From: a virus
Length of the DNA: 64,000 nt
Virus record (IMG/VR): IMGVR_UViG_3300029267_002377
Coordinates: 32,001-96,000 of that record
Strand: one strand, 5' to 3'
How positions within the stretch are numbered: position 1 is the stretch's first letter; the number at the start of each line of letters is the position of its first letter. Under the pieces are notes generated by a model that did no database searches, had not been told where the DNA came from, and worked only from the letters and a program-made list of their open reading frames with translations. The position numbers and the translations under genes were made by a program. This document shows, piece by piece, positions 18,642 to 28,921 of this stretch.

Positions 18642-18978
18642 GTTAGGTTCCGACCTAGAGCGCGCCTTCGAGACGCAGGTCAAAATAGCAGGTCTCCCAG
18701 AGCCAGTGCGGGAGTACCATTTTCATCCCTTTAGAGACTATAGAGCAGACTTCGCCTGGCCAGGACATTTGATTTTAGTAGAGTGTCAGGGACTGACTTG
18801 GGTGCCTGGAAAAGGTCACGCTAGGGGGTCGCAGTACGAGAAAGACGTCAAGAAGCACAACTCGGCCGTTCGCTTGGGATGGAGAGTGTTTTGGATTACA
18901 ACTTCGATGTTAAGAGTAGATCCAGCCTCATTTATGGAGATGCTGGGAGAAATGATGGGAGTGGAAACTTATGACTGA
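18619..18978 (+). CDS. PD-(D/E)XK endonuclease, DUF559/Vsr-like
   Basis: EYHFHP.R.YRADFAWP..LILVECQG...K.N.A...GWRV. Confidence 0.8.
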   Translation: MNTQEISELGSDLERAFETQVKIAGLPEPVREYHFHPFRDYRADFAWPGHLILVECQGLTWVPGKGHARGSQYEKDVKKHNSAVRLGWRVFWITTSMLRVDPASFMEMLGEMMGVETYD

Positions 18979-19113
18979 GATTCAATGGAGAGCATTCTCA
19001 CTAATTGTGAGGGCCTTGGGCATATTGCTATTCGAACTAGTAGGGAGGGATGATCCCCTTGTGGACACTTGGCAAAATGATATTGTCTCCTTTTTCGAGC
19101 AGGAGAGAGACAA

Positions 19114-19848
19114 ATGAGGTATCTGAGTCATAGCCAGATAAGTTCGTACGAAAGATGTCCTTTCCAGTGGTACGCTTCCTACGTTTTGAGGTACAGAAGA
19201 GAATCCAACGCTGATTTTGCAGAGGGCCGAGCAGTTCACGCTGCGATAGCTTCTCACTGGCAAGGGAACAAATACTGGGAGAAGACCTTACGGGCTAACT
19301 TGGATAAGGAGCTCGAGGGTATCGAATTGGAGCCCCCTCCAGGATTTGGGCAAGTTGAGAAAGCTGAATTAGTAAACTCTATTTTCACTCGAGACAGTGT
19401 TCTGATTCGCAATATGCTTGACTTATTGGAAACAAAGTTCGGAGATGGAGTTGAGACGATAGAAGTTGAAAGGAAACAGAAGAAAAATGGGTTTGTTGGG
19501 GTTATAGACTGGCGAGGCAGGCTCAATTCTGTTGAGTACATTATTGACTGGAAGACTTCGGGCAAAGCCTACAAGGAAGAACGAGTTCACGAAGATGAGC
19601 AGTTGACGGCTTACGCTGCCTTAACTGGGGTTCGGCACGTTGCGTTTGGAGTGATGAATAAAAGCGACTTGACGGTTCAATTTCTGACCAGTGCCCGGAC
19701 CAAAGATGAGTGTACTGCTTATTGGGAAAAGGTTGAGTACATTCGGAGCTTAATGGACGCCGAGGGGCCCTACGCTCCTTGTAACGAGGGGTGGTGGTGT
19801 AATTGGTGTTCTTTTCAGCGAATGTGCCCGCTATTTGGGGACTTCTAA
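19114..19848 (+). CDS. RecB/Cas4-like PD-(D/E)XK exonuclease
   Basis: LSHSQI..Y.RCP, G..VH, GVID, IIDWKTS, QL..Y, C-terminal C..C....MC (1+3 Cys staple). Confidence 0.88.
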   Translation: MRYLSHSQISSYERCPFQWYASYVLRYRRESNADFAEGRAVHAAIASHWQGNKYWEKTLRANLDKELEGIELEPPPGFGQVEKAELVNSIFTRDSVLIRNMLDLLETKFGDGVETIEVERKQKKNGFVGVIDWRGRLNSVEYIIDWKTSGKAYKEERVHEDEQLTAYAALTGVRHVAFGVMNKSDLTVQFLTSARTKDECTAYWEKVEYIRSLMDAEGPYAPCNEGWWCNWCSFQRMCPLFGDF

Positions 19849-19852
19849 ACAA

Positions 19853-19937
19853 GGCTGGGTTGGGCAGGATTTGGCCAGGTAAGGCCGAGTTGGGCCCGGC
19901 TTGGTAAGGTGGGGCGAGGCTTGGTTAGGCAGGGCAA
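19853..19937 (+). repeat. GGY-NN pentamer array E (17 units)
   Basis: ggctg ggttg ggcag gattt ggcca ggtaa ggccg agttg ggccc ggctt ggtaa ggtgg ggcga ggctt ggtta ggcag ggcaa, then gg. Confidence 0.9.
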
Positions 19938-20256
19938 GGACAGACTGAGGTTAAAACAGAACTTAGTAACAGAACGAGGATCTAAATGCGAATGCTGCGG
20001 TGAGAATGCGATTTTGGACCTGCACGAGGGCATCGTCACCAGGGCTGATGCTGGGAGAGACTGGAAGGATCTAATATTTGTTCCTTACAACTGTTTTCTC
20101 CTGTGTCGAAATTGTCACACAAATTGGGGTAAAGTCTTTCCTAGGGAGAAAGCGTGGGAAGTTTCTTGCGAGCGGTATGGAGAGGAGGCAGTGAGAGAAT
20201 GGTATAAAACTTTGCCGTGGAAAATAGGAGTGCCGAGGAGGTTTTGGGATGAATGA
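19909..20256 (+). CDS. HNH-type zinc-binding nuclease (start uncertain)
   Basis: CECCG...DLHE...N..LLCRNCH. Confidence 0.7.
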   Translation: MGRGLVRQGKDRLRLKQNLVTERGSKCECCGENAILDLHEGIVTRADAGRDWKDLIFVPYNCFLLCRNCHTNWGKVFPREKAWEVSCERYGEEAVREWYKTLPWKIGVPRRFWDE

Positions 20257-20593
20257 AGAGAAATTTCGAGATGTTTTAGAATCAACCGTTCCTGTTATAG
20301 TCTGCTTCTACACTCCTTGGTGTCACGCCTGCCATCAAATGGATCCAGTCATAGGAAAATTGGCGGAGGAGTACAGAGGTCGGGTCAGGTTTGCAGTTGT
20401 TGATGCTTCTAAATATCCCCAGGCGGTGGCTGAGTATTATGTCAGGGCAGTCCCAACTTACATTGTTTTTGTTGACGGGAACCCTGAGGAGCGCCGAGTT
20501 GGAATCGTTTACGAGCCAGTTTTTAGGGAGTGGATAGAGAAGTGGGCACCTCTTACCAAACAAAATTCTATCAGGGAGGACCCACAAGCTTAG
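20249..20593 (+). CDS. thioredoxin
   Basis: FYTPWCHAC active site; VPT motif. Confidence 0.9.
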   Translation: MNEEKFRDVLESTVPVIVCFYTPWCHACHQMDPVIGKLAEEYRGRVRFAVVDASKYPQAVAEYYVRAVPTYIVFVDGNPEERRVGIVYEPVFREWIEKWAPLTKQNSIREDPQA

Positions 20594-20882
20594 CCGCCTC
20601 CACGATCCAAAGCTTGGGAGTTCCTAAATGGGCTTTAAATTATTTATGTCCTTATTGGGGGACATTAAAATGTTTAGAGTGTGGGGAGGATTTTCGTTTG
20701 GTGAGAGAGTGTAACTCGGAGTGTTGGGATTGTGAAAGTAATTATTTGTGCCCCTGTTGGCGGTGTGACCGGTTATGTGATTCTTGTCCTGATTTGTCAA
20801 GTTGTGAGCATATTAAGCTCAAATCTCAGCGGAGAGCGAATTTAGAGTGGTTGGCTGAGCTCCTAGGAGACGATGGGTTTTG

Positions 20883-20911
20883 TTGAAAAAATTCTCAGAA
20901 TGTGATATAAT
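20883..20911 (+). promoter_or_regulatory. sigma70-type promoter
   Basis: TTGAAA-17 nt-TATAAT with extended -10 TG. Confidence 0.75.
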
Positions 20912-20926
20912 TAAGGGTGAAGACAC

Positions 20927-21316
20927 ATGGATTGGAATACAGATTATAGATATGGAATATACATAGATTATACTTGGTGGCCCCACACTACTGATGGTAA
21001 TAGTGACTATTATCCTCGTTACGTTAAGGAAGTGTATCCTCCAATAGAGGAATTGCCGCGGTCTATAAACATCACTACTGTTCTCGATCAGATAGAAAGG
21101 AGGGATAAAATGATCTCAAAAAGTGTATTCAACGAAGCTCTGGCAGAAGCTGGAGTAGCAAAGAATGTTCGTCGGAAAGTTGAAAAGCTTTCCTCGAATG
21201 ACTTTGAGTTTTTGATTGCTACTCTGCTAGTCAAGGCCTTTGACCCCGAGATGCTCAAGGTTTTTGAAGAGCCCGTGCAAAAGGTCAAGGTCGTTGAAGA
21301 AGAACTTCCGTTTTAG
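20927..21316 (+). CDS. hypothetical protein (internal start at 21110 possible; ends EEELPF)
   Basis: ORF after the promoter; second RBS GGAGGG before ATG 21110. Confidence 0.55.
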   Translation: MDWNTDYRYGIYIDYTWWPHTTDGNSDYYPRYVKEVYPPIEELPRSINITTVLDQIERRDKMISKSVFNEALAEAGVAKNVRRKVEKLSSNDFEFLIATLLVKAFDPEMLKVFEEPVQKVKVVEEELPF

Positions 21317-21354
21317 GCTTATCAGGCACAAGGATCGAAACCCACATCGTTAGG

Positions 21355-21474
21355 AGCAGTGCGGCGGCGTGGCGCTTATGACACGCACTGGCGAACACTT
21401 TATGCTTCGCGCTGAGTCAATGGTCACAGGTCGGACGTGAGCCGAAGCCAGGTGAAAGACTGGCCCGCACTGCT
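21355..21474 (+). ncRNA. tRNA-like structured RNA
   Basis: 10-bp closing stem AGCAGTGCGG/CCGCACTGCT, D-arm-like GCGTG/CACGC, T-arm-like GCCAG-GTGAAAGA-CTGGC, internal hairpins; intergenic. Confidence 0.6.
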
Positions 21475-21480
21475 GGAATT

Positions 21481-21693
21481 ATGAGAATTATTTTAGTTTT
21501 AATGTTGTTTCTGTGTGGCTGTAGTCCACAGGAACCAAAGTGCTACAACCTAACAATTAGTTGCCCTAGCTATAGGCAGACCTACTCAGTCAAGAGTCAT
21601 TGGGTTAGCTATACCCCAACAAAGACGCTGAACTGGGTCGAGTGTGATGGGGACTATGGGAGTGTGTCTATAGCTGGTTGTCAGTATTGGTGA
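21481..21693 (+). CDS. small lipoprotein
   Basis: Signal peptide with lipobox LCGC. Confidence 0.55.
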   Translation: MRIILVLMLFLCGCSPQEPKCYNLTISCPSYRQTYSVKSHWVSYTPTKTLNWVECDGDYGSVSIAGCQYW

Positions 21694-21821
21694 GAATTTT
21701 TAAAAATTTCTGGGAGAAAGTTATGGGGGACAAAGAAGGAAAGAAAAAGGTGAAAAAGCCTGAGAAAAAGAAAGTGAAGTTGGCTCCTCCCACTAAGTGG
21801 GGACCTTGGGGGCTGTGCTGA

Positions 21822-22463
21822 TTGGTCACTTGCAAAGAGTGTGAGGCACAAATCGGGGAGGGCCCTGGGTCACAGTTTAAGGCGATTACACATAGGCACC
21901 TCAAATATGCTCACGATATGACTGTGGATGAGTATACTGCAAAGTGGCCGGACGCTCCGCTACGGGATACTCGACTAGTTGTGAAAGATGAGCTTCCACC
22001 AGAAGTAGATGAAGATTGTCAAGCTTTGATTGGCCACCTGAGACCGGTGCAGCAAGAGTATATCGCCGCTAGGCTCCAGTGCAAAACCAAAGATGCGGCT
22101 GCCAGGATGGTCGGGTTGTCTCCTACGACGATCTACAACTGGAAAGAGCGCCACATTATTGAGGCACTGATTAACCGGATCCAGACAGATCACGTGTTTA
22201 AGGCGATGCACATGGTCTTGGAAGCCGCTCCTGAGGCGATACGAAACATTCGAGATTTACAATTCTCACCAGATGACCGAGTGGCTTTAAGTGCCTCAAA
22301 AGACCTAGCAGACCGAGCAGGAATCCAAGCGAGTAAGTCTGAGACGACGATTGATATTGCAATCTATAGGGAAATGCCCACTGAGCAACTAGACCAAGAA
22401 ATTACCCGGATGATAGAGAAGGAGCAAGCGCTAGAGGCACAGTACAAAGAGGTGGAAGGATGA
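21822..22463 (+). CDS. putative terminase small subunit (C2H2 zinc module + HTH)
   Basis: AAARMVGLSPTTIYNWK HTH, ALSASKDLADRAG oligomerisation-like segment; start of the packaging region. Confidence 0.6.
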   Translation: MVTCKECEAQIGEGPGSQFKAITHRHLKYAHDMTVDEYTAKWPDAPLRDTRLVVKDELPPEVDEDCQALIGHLRPVQQEYIAARLQCKTKDAAARMVGLSPTTIYNWKERHIIEALINRIQTDHVFKAMHMVLEAAPEAIRNIRDLQFSPDDRVALSASKDLADRAGIQASKSETTIDIAIYREMPTEQLDQEITRMIEKEQALEAQYKEVEG

Positions 22464-22643
22464 ATAGGCAACTGGTTATTGTCGAGGGACCCGACCGGGG
22501 AGATGTGATTAGTGACTTTTTAGGTATTATAAATCCCCTCCTTCAAGACAACTGGTGGATCGTTGGGGGGACATTGATCGAGTTTGTAGCGCCGCGGAAG
22601 GGCGGTTACAGGTACGCCTGGACAGTAGAGCTGGAGCAAGAGG

Positions 22644-23603
22644 TTGTTACCTAATCAGATAGTTGGTGAGATTGAAAACGAACTCAACCTAGAGAAGTGG
22701 TTCCAAAAGGGTGGACCCGGCTCTGGTCACTGGGGTCATAGGGGTCGGAAGGGGAAACGAGGGGGTAGTGCTCCTTCTAGAGGGTTGGCTAAGTTGTCTG
22801 CTCCAGTTGGGAACGCTGGTGTTGAGGGTAATAGGGGAGTTGACAAGTTGCTCACTGACACCTTATTTCCTGGGGAGGAGGTAGTTACCAAACCAAAACC
22901 AGGGGATTGGGAATACGCTACTACCAATGAAAGAGCCAAACTCAAAGCCCAAGTGGCAAGAGACCTTTCTGAGGTATCTGGGGTTACAGAACAAGAAGCA
23001 GCTGACTTTGTGAGGCAGTGGGCGCACTCCTCTAACGACAACGATATGCGCTCTTTGGCTGTGCAGCAAGATGCGGCGAAGGAGTTTGGCCTTAAGACAT
23101 CGGAGTTTACTCAAGGTAAGATTGATAACATGAAAGAATACAGACAGAAACAGCTAAAAAGACTAGAGGAGGGATATACTATAGAGCAACTTGGAGTGCG
23201 ATGGGCAAGTGTAAATCCTTTGATGGAGAGTGATAAACAGCGAGCCCTCCTGAGAAGCATGTACAACGAGACACAAGCCGAACTGAAAGCGAGGGGAATT
23301 AAGGAGGTTCGGCTGTATAGGGGAGCTAGATTGCCGGATGATGGAAAATGGCCAGATAGAATCGGTGGTGCTATACCGGTTGAGACAAATGCAGTGGAGA
23401 GTTGGTCTGTTAGCGCACGTGTTGCGAGGAATTTTGCTACTCCTCAGAGTGGTGGTGACATAGGGGTGGTATTTGTAACGGTGGTTCCAGCCAATCGCAT
23501 TCTGTCAACTCCTGCAACTGGTTTTGGCTGTCTAAGAGAGGGAGAGGTTGTTGTCTTGGGGGGAATTGATGGAGATAATGCTAGAGTGGCGGGGATAAGA
23601 TGA
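22644..23603 (+). CDS. GGPGSG-motif protein with ADP-ribosyltransferase-like domain
   Basis: Shared motif, then LYRG...ESWS...EGEVVV (R-S-ExE). Confidence 0.7.
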   Translation: MLPNQIVGEIENELNLEKWFQKGGPGSGHWGHRGRKGKRGGSAPSRGLAKLSAPVGNAGVEGNRGVDKLLTDTLFPGEEVVTKPKPGDWEYATTNERAKLKAQVARDLSEVSGVTEQEAADFVRQWAHSSNDNDMRSLAVQQDAAKEFGLKTSEFTQGKIDNMKEYRQKQLKRLEEGYTIEQLGVRWASVNPLMESDKQRALLRSMYNETQAELKARGIKEVRLYRGARLPDDGKWPDRIGGAIPVETNAVESWSVSARVARNFATPQSGGDIGVVFVTVVPANRILSTPATGFGCLREGEVVVLGGIDGDNARVAGIR

Positions 23604-24434
23604 AGGTTATTAAGATAAGTGATACAGATGAGAATGCTGATTGGATCAAAGTTTTATCTGACGATGTAAAAGTCAGTGAAATGGCCAAGAAGCTCTTAAA
23701 AGATTATGTAAAGGAATGAAAACCTTTTTATGAATAAGGATTATGCAGCGCAGCTTCTAATTAGCGCATCTCAAGTGGAGGAAGATCCAGAACTCCAACT
23801 GGCGATGTTAATGGGAGCGCGGGAACTAACTCAAGACGAGCTTAAATGGATTCCTGTTGACTTGAGGAAATGGTTTTATCCAGAGTTGGGAGTTTAGAAT
23901 GAAGATTAGACGGATATGTCAGATGTGCTGGCACAATAAGTATGAATTTGACCCTAGCAAACCAGAAAGACCAGAAGACAAGTTTTGTCCTACTTGTAGA
24001 CGAAGAATGGGGTTAGGGCCTTCACAACCTGGGGTGGGAGCTTCGGATGGGCTAGACGTCGTGGGGAGACCGGTTCCAACGGGCCCCAAGAGGTCCATTT
24101 CTGAGATCGCGCATAGCAACCCGCCTGAGATTGATTGGAGCCAACTGCAGTGACAGTTCACTGTCCACTACACGGCAAACAAAGAGCAGAAGATCGCTCT
24201 GGTCAATGCGAAGCCTGTCAATATTCGAGAAACTTGAACGTCAATATAAAGAAGATTTTAATAAGGAGGGCAAAGAAGTGACAGGGGATCCAATCGCTGA
24301 GTGGTCTAGAGAATTTCCGTCGAAGTGGTTAGAGGCGGCTGGGTTTATACAGTTCTTAATAGTACAGGGGATTGAAATCGAGCCCCCAGATTACATGGAG
24401 CTCTTTAAGTATTTGGTTGAGAAAGGTTGAGCTG

Positions 24435-24719
24435 ATGTACGATAGTGCAGAGGGCACAAAAGCCCTAAAAGAGATGGGTCCTGCGCTAAAACACCACTAT
24501 GAGAACAACCGGCACCACCCAGAGCACTGGACAGCTGGGGTTAACAAGATGTCTCTATTTGATTTGATTGAGATGTTGGCTGATTGGGCGGTAGCAGTGC
24601 AGAGACATGCAGATGGAGATCTAGAAGAGAGCCTAAAGATCAATAAGGAACGGTTCGAGATCTCAGATCAGCTTTATGAGATCCTAAAGAACACAGCAGA
24701 GGATATGGGGTGGATTTAG
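24435..24719 (+). CDS. DUF5662-like protein, N-terminally short
   Basis: HHYENNRHHPEHW...EMLADW motif. Confidence 0.6.
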   Translation: MYDSAEGTKALKEMGPALKHHYENNRHHPEHWTAGVNKMSLFDLIEMLADWAVAVQRHADGDLEESLKINKERFEISDQLYEILKNTAEDMGWI

Positions 24720-25015
24720 ATCGGTTGCTGTACAAAATCCTTCCACCGGAGTGGTATCTAAAACTACACGGAATTAAACTGTATTCTGAACCTCCTACAG
24801 CGGCTACAGTAACGTATACGCTACACGGAGAAGAGAAAGCAGCTCAAGTTAAATTTGGAAGTGCATACGCCGTAGTGAAAATGTTCCCGTTGTGGTTGAA
24901 ACACGGGTTCCTTGAGAAGGGACCCGGAGATCGGTACTATATTCCTCCACATGACATTCTAAAGGTAGAGTGGTGGGACCCTATTTTGGAAGATTATTTC
25001 GCTGTTTATTGAGGG

Positions 25016-25276
25016 ATGAAGATGGACTGGATTCGAGTTGAAGATAAATTACCCAGAAAAACAGACAAAGTGCTAACATACACTAAGAACCGGGGTATAC
25101 TAATAGCTTCCTTTGAGGCAAACGGGAAGCGGTATGATGACAACTACATAGTATACGACATAACTCACTGGATGCCCCTACCAGACCCACCAGGGATTAC
25201 TGTAAAGATATGTGTTACAGGGGTATCGGAAGGTCTAACTAAGCGAATTGAAGAGATGGTGAGGGAGGGGTTATGA
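25016..25276 (+). CDS. DUF551-like protein
   Basis: WIRVEDKLP...ITHWMPLPDPP. Confidence 0.75.
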   Translation: MKMDWIRVEDKLPRKTDKVLTYTKNRGILIASFEANGKRYDDNYIVYDITHWMPLPDPPGITVKICVTGVSEGLTKRIEEMVREGL

Positions 25277-25403
25277 GGTACTTCTGGAACTTAGTCACAG
25301 GAGACTTAGTGGCAACTAGGGATAGACATACAATCGCAATCCTTAAAATGGAAGGCTACATTGAGGTCTCATATGAAAGGTACAAGGAGATTGCGAGGGC
25401 AAG

Positions 25404-25970
25404 GTGAGCAATAAAGCTTTCTTGATGAGCTATGTGCATAACAAACTAATGGAAGAGCCACAATGGGGGCCTACTCTGGCAGGTGCAGAGTATGAACCGA
25501 AGTGGATGGATTTTGTAGCACAAGGTTATGGGGCGAATAACCCCCTTCCGTCTATCTACGATACGTATGTGTACTCCTGGTTACATACTGGTTTATGCTT
25601 AGGGGCTATTCTGTATATAAAGATCTATGTAGGCCGAATACCAAAGGGCAACAAATACATAGAAGCAAACAACAAAGCACTAAACAACCTACCGTACTCA
25701 TTTAAAGCTACGTTTATTCCAATGAAAGGCAGAGGACATAATACAGACGGCGAGCTGGTGTGGACTGAGCCAATAGTGCTAGGACAAACACTGCACACAG
25801 GTAAGGTAGTAGAGGAAGAGCTACCTCCTGGCCAAGCTCCCCTGGAGGTAGGTGCTACAGAATCACACAGAACACTCATGCACCTACTAGAGGAGAAGAG
25901 ACTAGCTAGGTGGGCATATGGGGATAAGTACATAAAGCTGGTCTATGTAAGGGATGTGGAGTGGAAGTAG
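25404..25970 (+). CDS. hypothetical protein
   Basis: 188-aa ORF in the co-directional run. Confidence 0.55.
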   Translation: MSNKAFLMSYVHNKLMEEPQWGPTLAGAEYEPKWMDFVAQGYGANNPLPSIYDTYVYSWLHTGLCLGAILYIKIYVGRIPKGNKYIEANNKALNNLPYSFKATFIPMKGRGHNTDGELVWTEPIVLGQTLHTGKVVEEELPPGQAPLEVGATESHRTLMHLLEEKRLARWAYGDKYIKLVYVRDVEWK

Positions 25971-26681
25971 CGATTGCTTTGACAGCTCTCATAGTGAGTG
26001 CGTGGGTGGCGGTGTGTAGCTGGTTGGACAAAGCTGTGGAATCTACTGAAGTTCTACTTCGGCGGAAAGGTGAGGCATTAAGTAGATATCCTCCAAGCAC
26101 AATGTACGCAGCTAGAGAGGAGGCTAAGGTGAGGATGGAGAAGTATAGGGAGGAGATGAGGTTGAGCCGTGATAGTTATAAGAAGACAGAAAGGAGGCTT
26201 AAAAAGCTCAAAGGGTTGAGGAGATACTGCTGTGGGAGGTAACAGAAGGTCACCCACCACCCCTCTGGCCCCCGCCCCGGATAACTCTGGTGTTATGTAT
26301 GGGCGCTGAGGCGTAGAACAAACATATACATGTTCAGACTATGTATGTTATGTCAACAAATATGCAGTTTATGGGGCGTTTAGGCCAGGTAGGTGTAAAG
26401 ATTGTAAAGGATGACAGTGGGTAGGCAGGAGTTGGAAAAAATTAAAACCAAACGCGAAGGCGCTGCGGGCAATGTCACCTAACTTTTTTATAAAACCCAT
26501 CCCCAGAATAGGACCTTACATAAATTATGACTAACGAACTACACCCAACACACTCGGATGATTGGTGCTTAACCTGCAGTAAGCCGCCCACTTACTTAGT
26601 CCGTCACGAACCCTACCCACCTGTTCCTACAACTGCAAAGGACAATGTGGTTGTAGAAAAGGACTTCTTAAGCGAGGATAG

Positions 26682-26984
26682 ATGAACTACATTATAGGCC
26701 ACCTAGTTGGAGATGTTTTATTCCAAAACAAATGGTTAGCCACCATAAAGCGACAGCACATCTGGGGTATGTGTTTGCACTGTTTCATTGTAACGACGTT
26801 TGTCTTCCTGTTTACAAGTTGGAACCTACTCCAGCTTTCGTTGGCTTTTGCTTCTCACTTCATCATTGATTGGTTTCAGTTTAAGAAGCTTTGGCCCAAG
26901 TTTATTGACCAGTATGAGGGCGTTGGTCCCACGGACGATCAAATCTTCCACATCTTATCTCTATACTTAATAAACTTACTATGA
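26682..26984 (+). CDS. DUF3307-like membrane protein
   Basis: GHLVGD.LFQ...K, LH, SHFIID, DQIFH. Confidence 0.75.
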   Translation: MNYIIGHLVGDVLFQNKWLATIKRQHIWGMCLHCFIVTTFVFLFTSWNLLQLSLAFASHFIIDWFQFKKLWPKFIDQYEGVGPTDDQIFHILSLYLINLL

Positions 26985-27236
26985 AGACATACACTGTCAT
27001 CGGCTCAACTGACAATTACGAAATAAAAGCGTCTAACGAGAAGGAAGCTTGGAGACAAGCTATAGTTAAGAACTTAAAGCCACCTTTCATTAGAGAGAAG
27101 AAGTGATCTACTACAAGTGTAAGAAATGCAAAGGCTGGTTTACCAAGCCATACGGGTGGTTTACTAGAGTCGCTAAACCTAAAGTCTGGACGACCGTCAT
27201 TGAATTTACTTGCCCATCTTGTGTAAAGGAGAAAAA

Positions 27237-28169
27237 ATGAACGAAGTAAGATCTATCAAGTCCGCATACGCTAGCCACTTACTAGCCAAAAAGAACGTCG
27301 TGGCTGTAGGAGTTGGCTACAAGAGAGTCGGAGGAGAGCGGACCGACGACCTAGCTGTCATCGTCTCCGTAGTCCAGAAACAAACAAACCCCGTAGAACC
27401 TGTCCCCAAGTACCTCAATGGAATCAAAACAGACGTCCAGGAAGTTGGTGTCTTGAGAGCGATGCGAACGAGCAAGCACCGCCCCGCTCCTGGTGGAGTG
27501 TCTATTGGTCACGTCGACATCACGGCTGGAACACTTGGTTGCCTCACCTCCGAAGGGTATATTTTGAGCAACAACCACGTCTTGGCCAACTCGAACGCGG
27601 GAGAACCAGGAGACTACATCGTCCAGCCCGGTCCCCACGACGGCGGAACGGTTGATGACCTCATCGCTACGCTTTACCGGTTTGTTCCGGTTGAGTTCAG
27701 TTGTCCCATTTTGGATGGAATCATCGGTGCCGGGAACTTGATTGCCCGAGCCATGAAGTCTCGCTACCGCCTCCGAGGAGTCAACAACTCGGAGAACCTC
27801 GTAGACGCCGCCCTAGCCACTCCACTGTCATCTGACCTCGTCACCCCCGAGATCCTCGAAATCGGCGAACCCGCTGGAGTAGCCGAAGCCGAACTCGGCA
27901 TGAGTATTCAGAAGAGTGGCCGCACAACTGGCCTTACCCACGGAACTATCGAGCAAATTGACGTGACGGCCAACGTTTTGTACGGCTATCAAATGGCCAC
28001 TTTCACCGATCAAGTTATGGCTGGCTACATGTGCGAGGGCGGAGACAGCGGTTCGGCTGTTCTAACCGGCGACCGCGAAGTGGTTGGTTTGTTGTTTGCT
28101 GGATCTGAGTCGACTACCCTATTCAACCGGATCGCCAACGTCACGGACCTGTTAGGAGTCACCATTTGA
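27237..28169 (+). CDS. trypsin-like serine protease
   Basis: GTLGC, LSNNHV (His), VDAALA (Asp), GGDSGS (Ser); ATG 27237 after AAGGAG. Confidence 0.88.
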   Translation: MNEVRSIKSAYASHLLAKKNVVAVGVGYKRVGGERTDDLAVIVSVVQKQTNPVEPVPKYLNGIKTDVQEVGVLRAMRTSKHRPAPGGVSIGHVDITAGTLGCLTSEGYILSNNHVLANSNAGEPGDYIVQPGPHDGGTVDDLIATLYRFVPVEFSCPILDGIIGAGNLIARAMKSRYRLRGVNNSENLVDAALATPLSSDLVTPEILEIGEPAGVAEAELGMSIQKSGRTTGLTHGTIEQIDVTANVLYGYQMATFTDQVMAGYMCEGGDSGSAVLTGDREVVGLLFAGSESTTLFNRIANVTDLLGVTI

Positions 28170-28921
28170 CAGACATTGCTATCCAGATCATAGACAACTA
28201 CATAGAACTCGGTGGCCCCGGATCTGGGAATTGGGGACACGCAGGCAGAAAAGGAAAAAGAGGTGGGTCCCTCCCGCGCTCTAGAGCTATGTCTAGACGA
28301 ACAGGCAAGGACTGGAGAAAGCGTCAAGCAGCAGCTAAGAGGATTGCTGCCAAGGGTCACACTCCCCCAACGGATTCGGCTATGCATGAAGACCGTTTGC
28401 ACTCCTCTTTAACTGAAAAAGACAAAGGAGTGATAAGGCGTGCTGTAGCCAATCTCCCCCAGGAGCACCTAGACAAGGTCTATGGGATTGAGAAACGCCA
28501 TATCCCTGGAGCAGAGGGACGGTGCAGAGGGAACTACATCGAGCTAAATAGTGAGACTTATGGAGCTCATAATAGGCGGATTTGGCATAAGGCCACTGTG
28601 GTGCATGAGATTGGTCACGTGGTTCAAAATCATAACTCACAGTATGGAGACCGGCGTTACGTTGAAGATTTTGGAAAGTTCTATAGGGAGAAGAAAGGTC
28701 GAGTCGGAATACACCCCAGTGCACTACGGGCGGAAGCGACAAAGGCAGGAGGTCCGAGGAAGGGATTTCCTTCCCGATACTCTCAGAAAGATCACAAGGA
28801 GTTATTTGCCGAAAGCTACCAAATGTATACAAGCGCCCCGAAGACCTTACAGAAGCGAGCTCCGGAGATTTATGAGTACATGCGAGATGACGTGTTTGGT
28901 GGGGTGGAGTACATAAAATGA
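28166..28921 (+). CDS. GGPGSG-motif protein with zincin metallopeptidase domain
   Basis: HEIGH...SRYS...ELFAE (lethal-factor/MPTase-like). Confidence 0.78.
   Translation: MTDIAIQIIDNYIELGGPGSGNWGHAGRKGKRGGSLPRSRAMSRRTGKDWRKRQAAAKRIAAKGHTPPTDSAMHEDRLHSSLTEKDKGVIRRAVANLPQEHLDKVYGIEKRHIPGAEGRCRGNYIELNSETYGAHNRRIWHKATVVHEIGHVVQNHNSQYGDRRYVEDFGKFYREKKGRVGIHPSALRAEATKAGGPRKGFPSRYSQKDHKELFAESYQMYTSAPKTLQKRAPEIYEYMRDDVFGGVEYIK

Noticed and set aside
19114-19848. Cas4-like gene as evidence of a CRISPR-Cas locus
   Set aside because: Solo RecB/Cas4-like nucleases are common in phage replication modules; no other cas genes are present.
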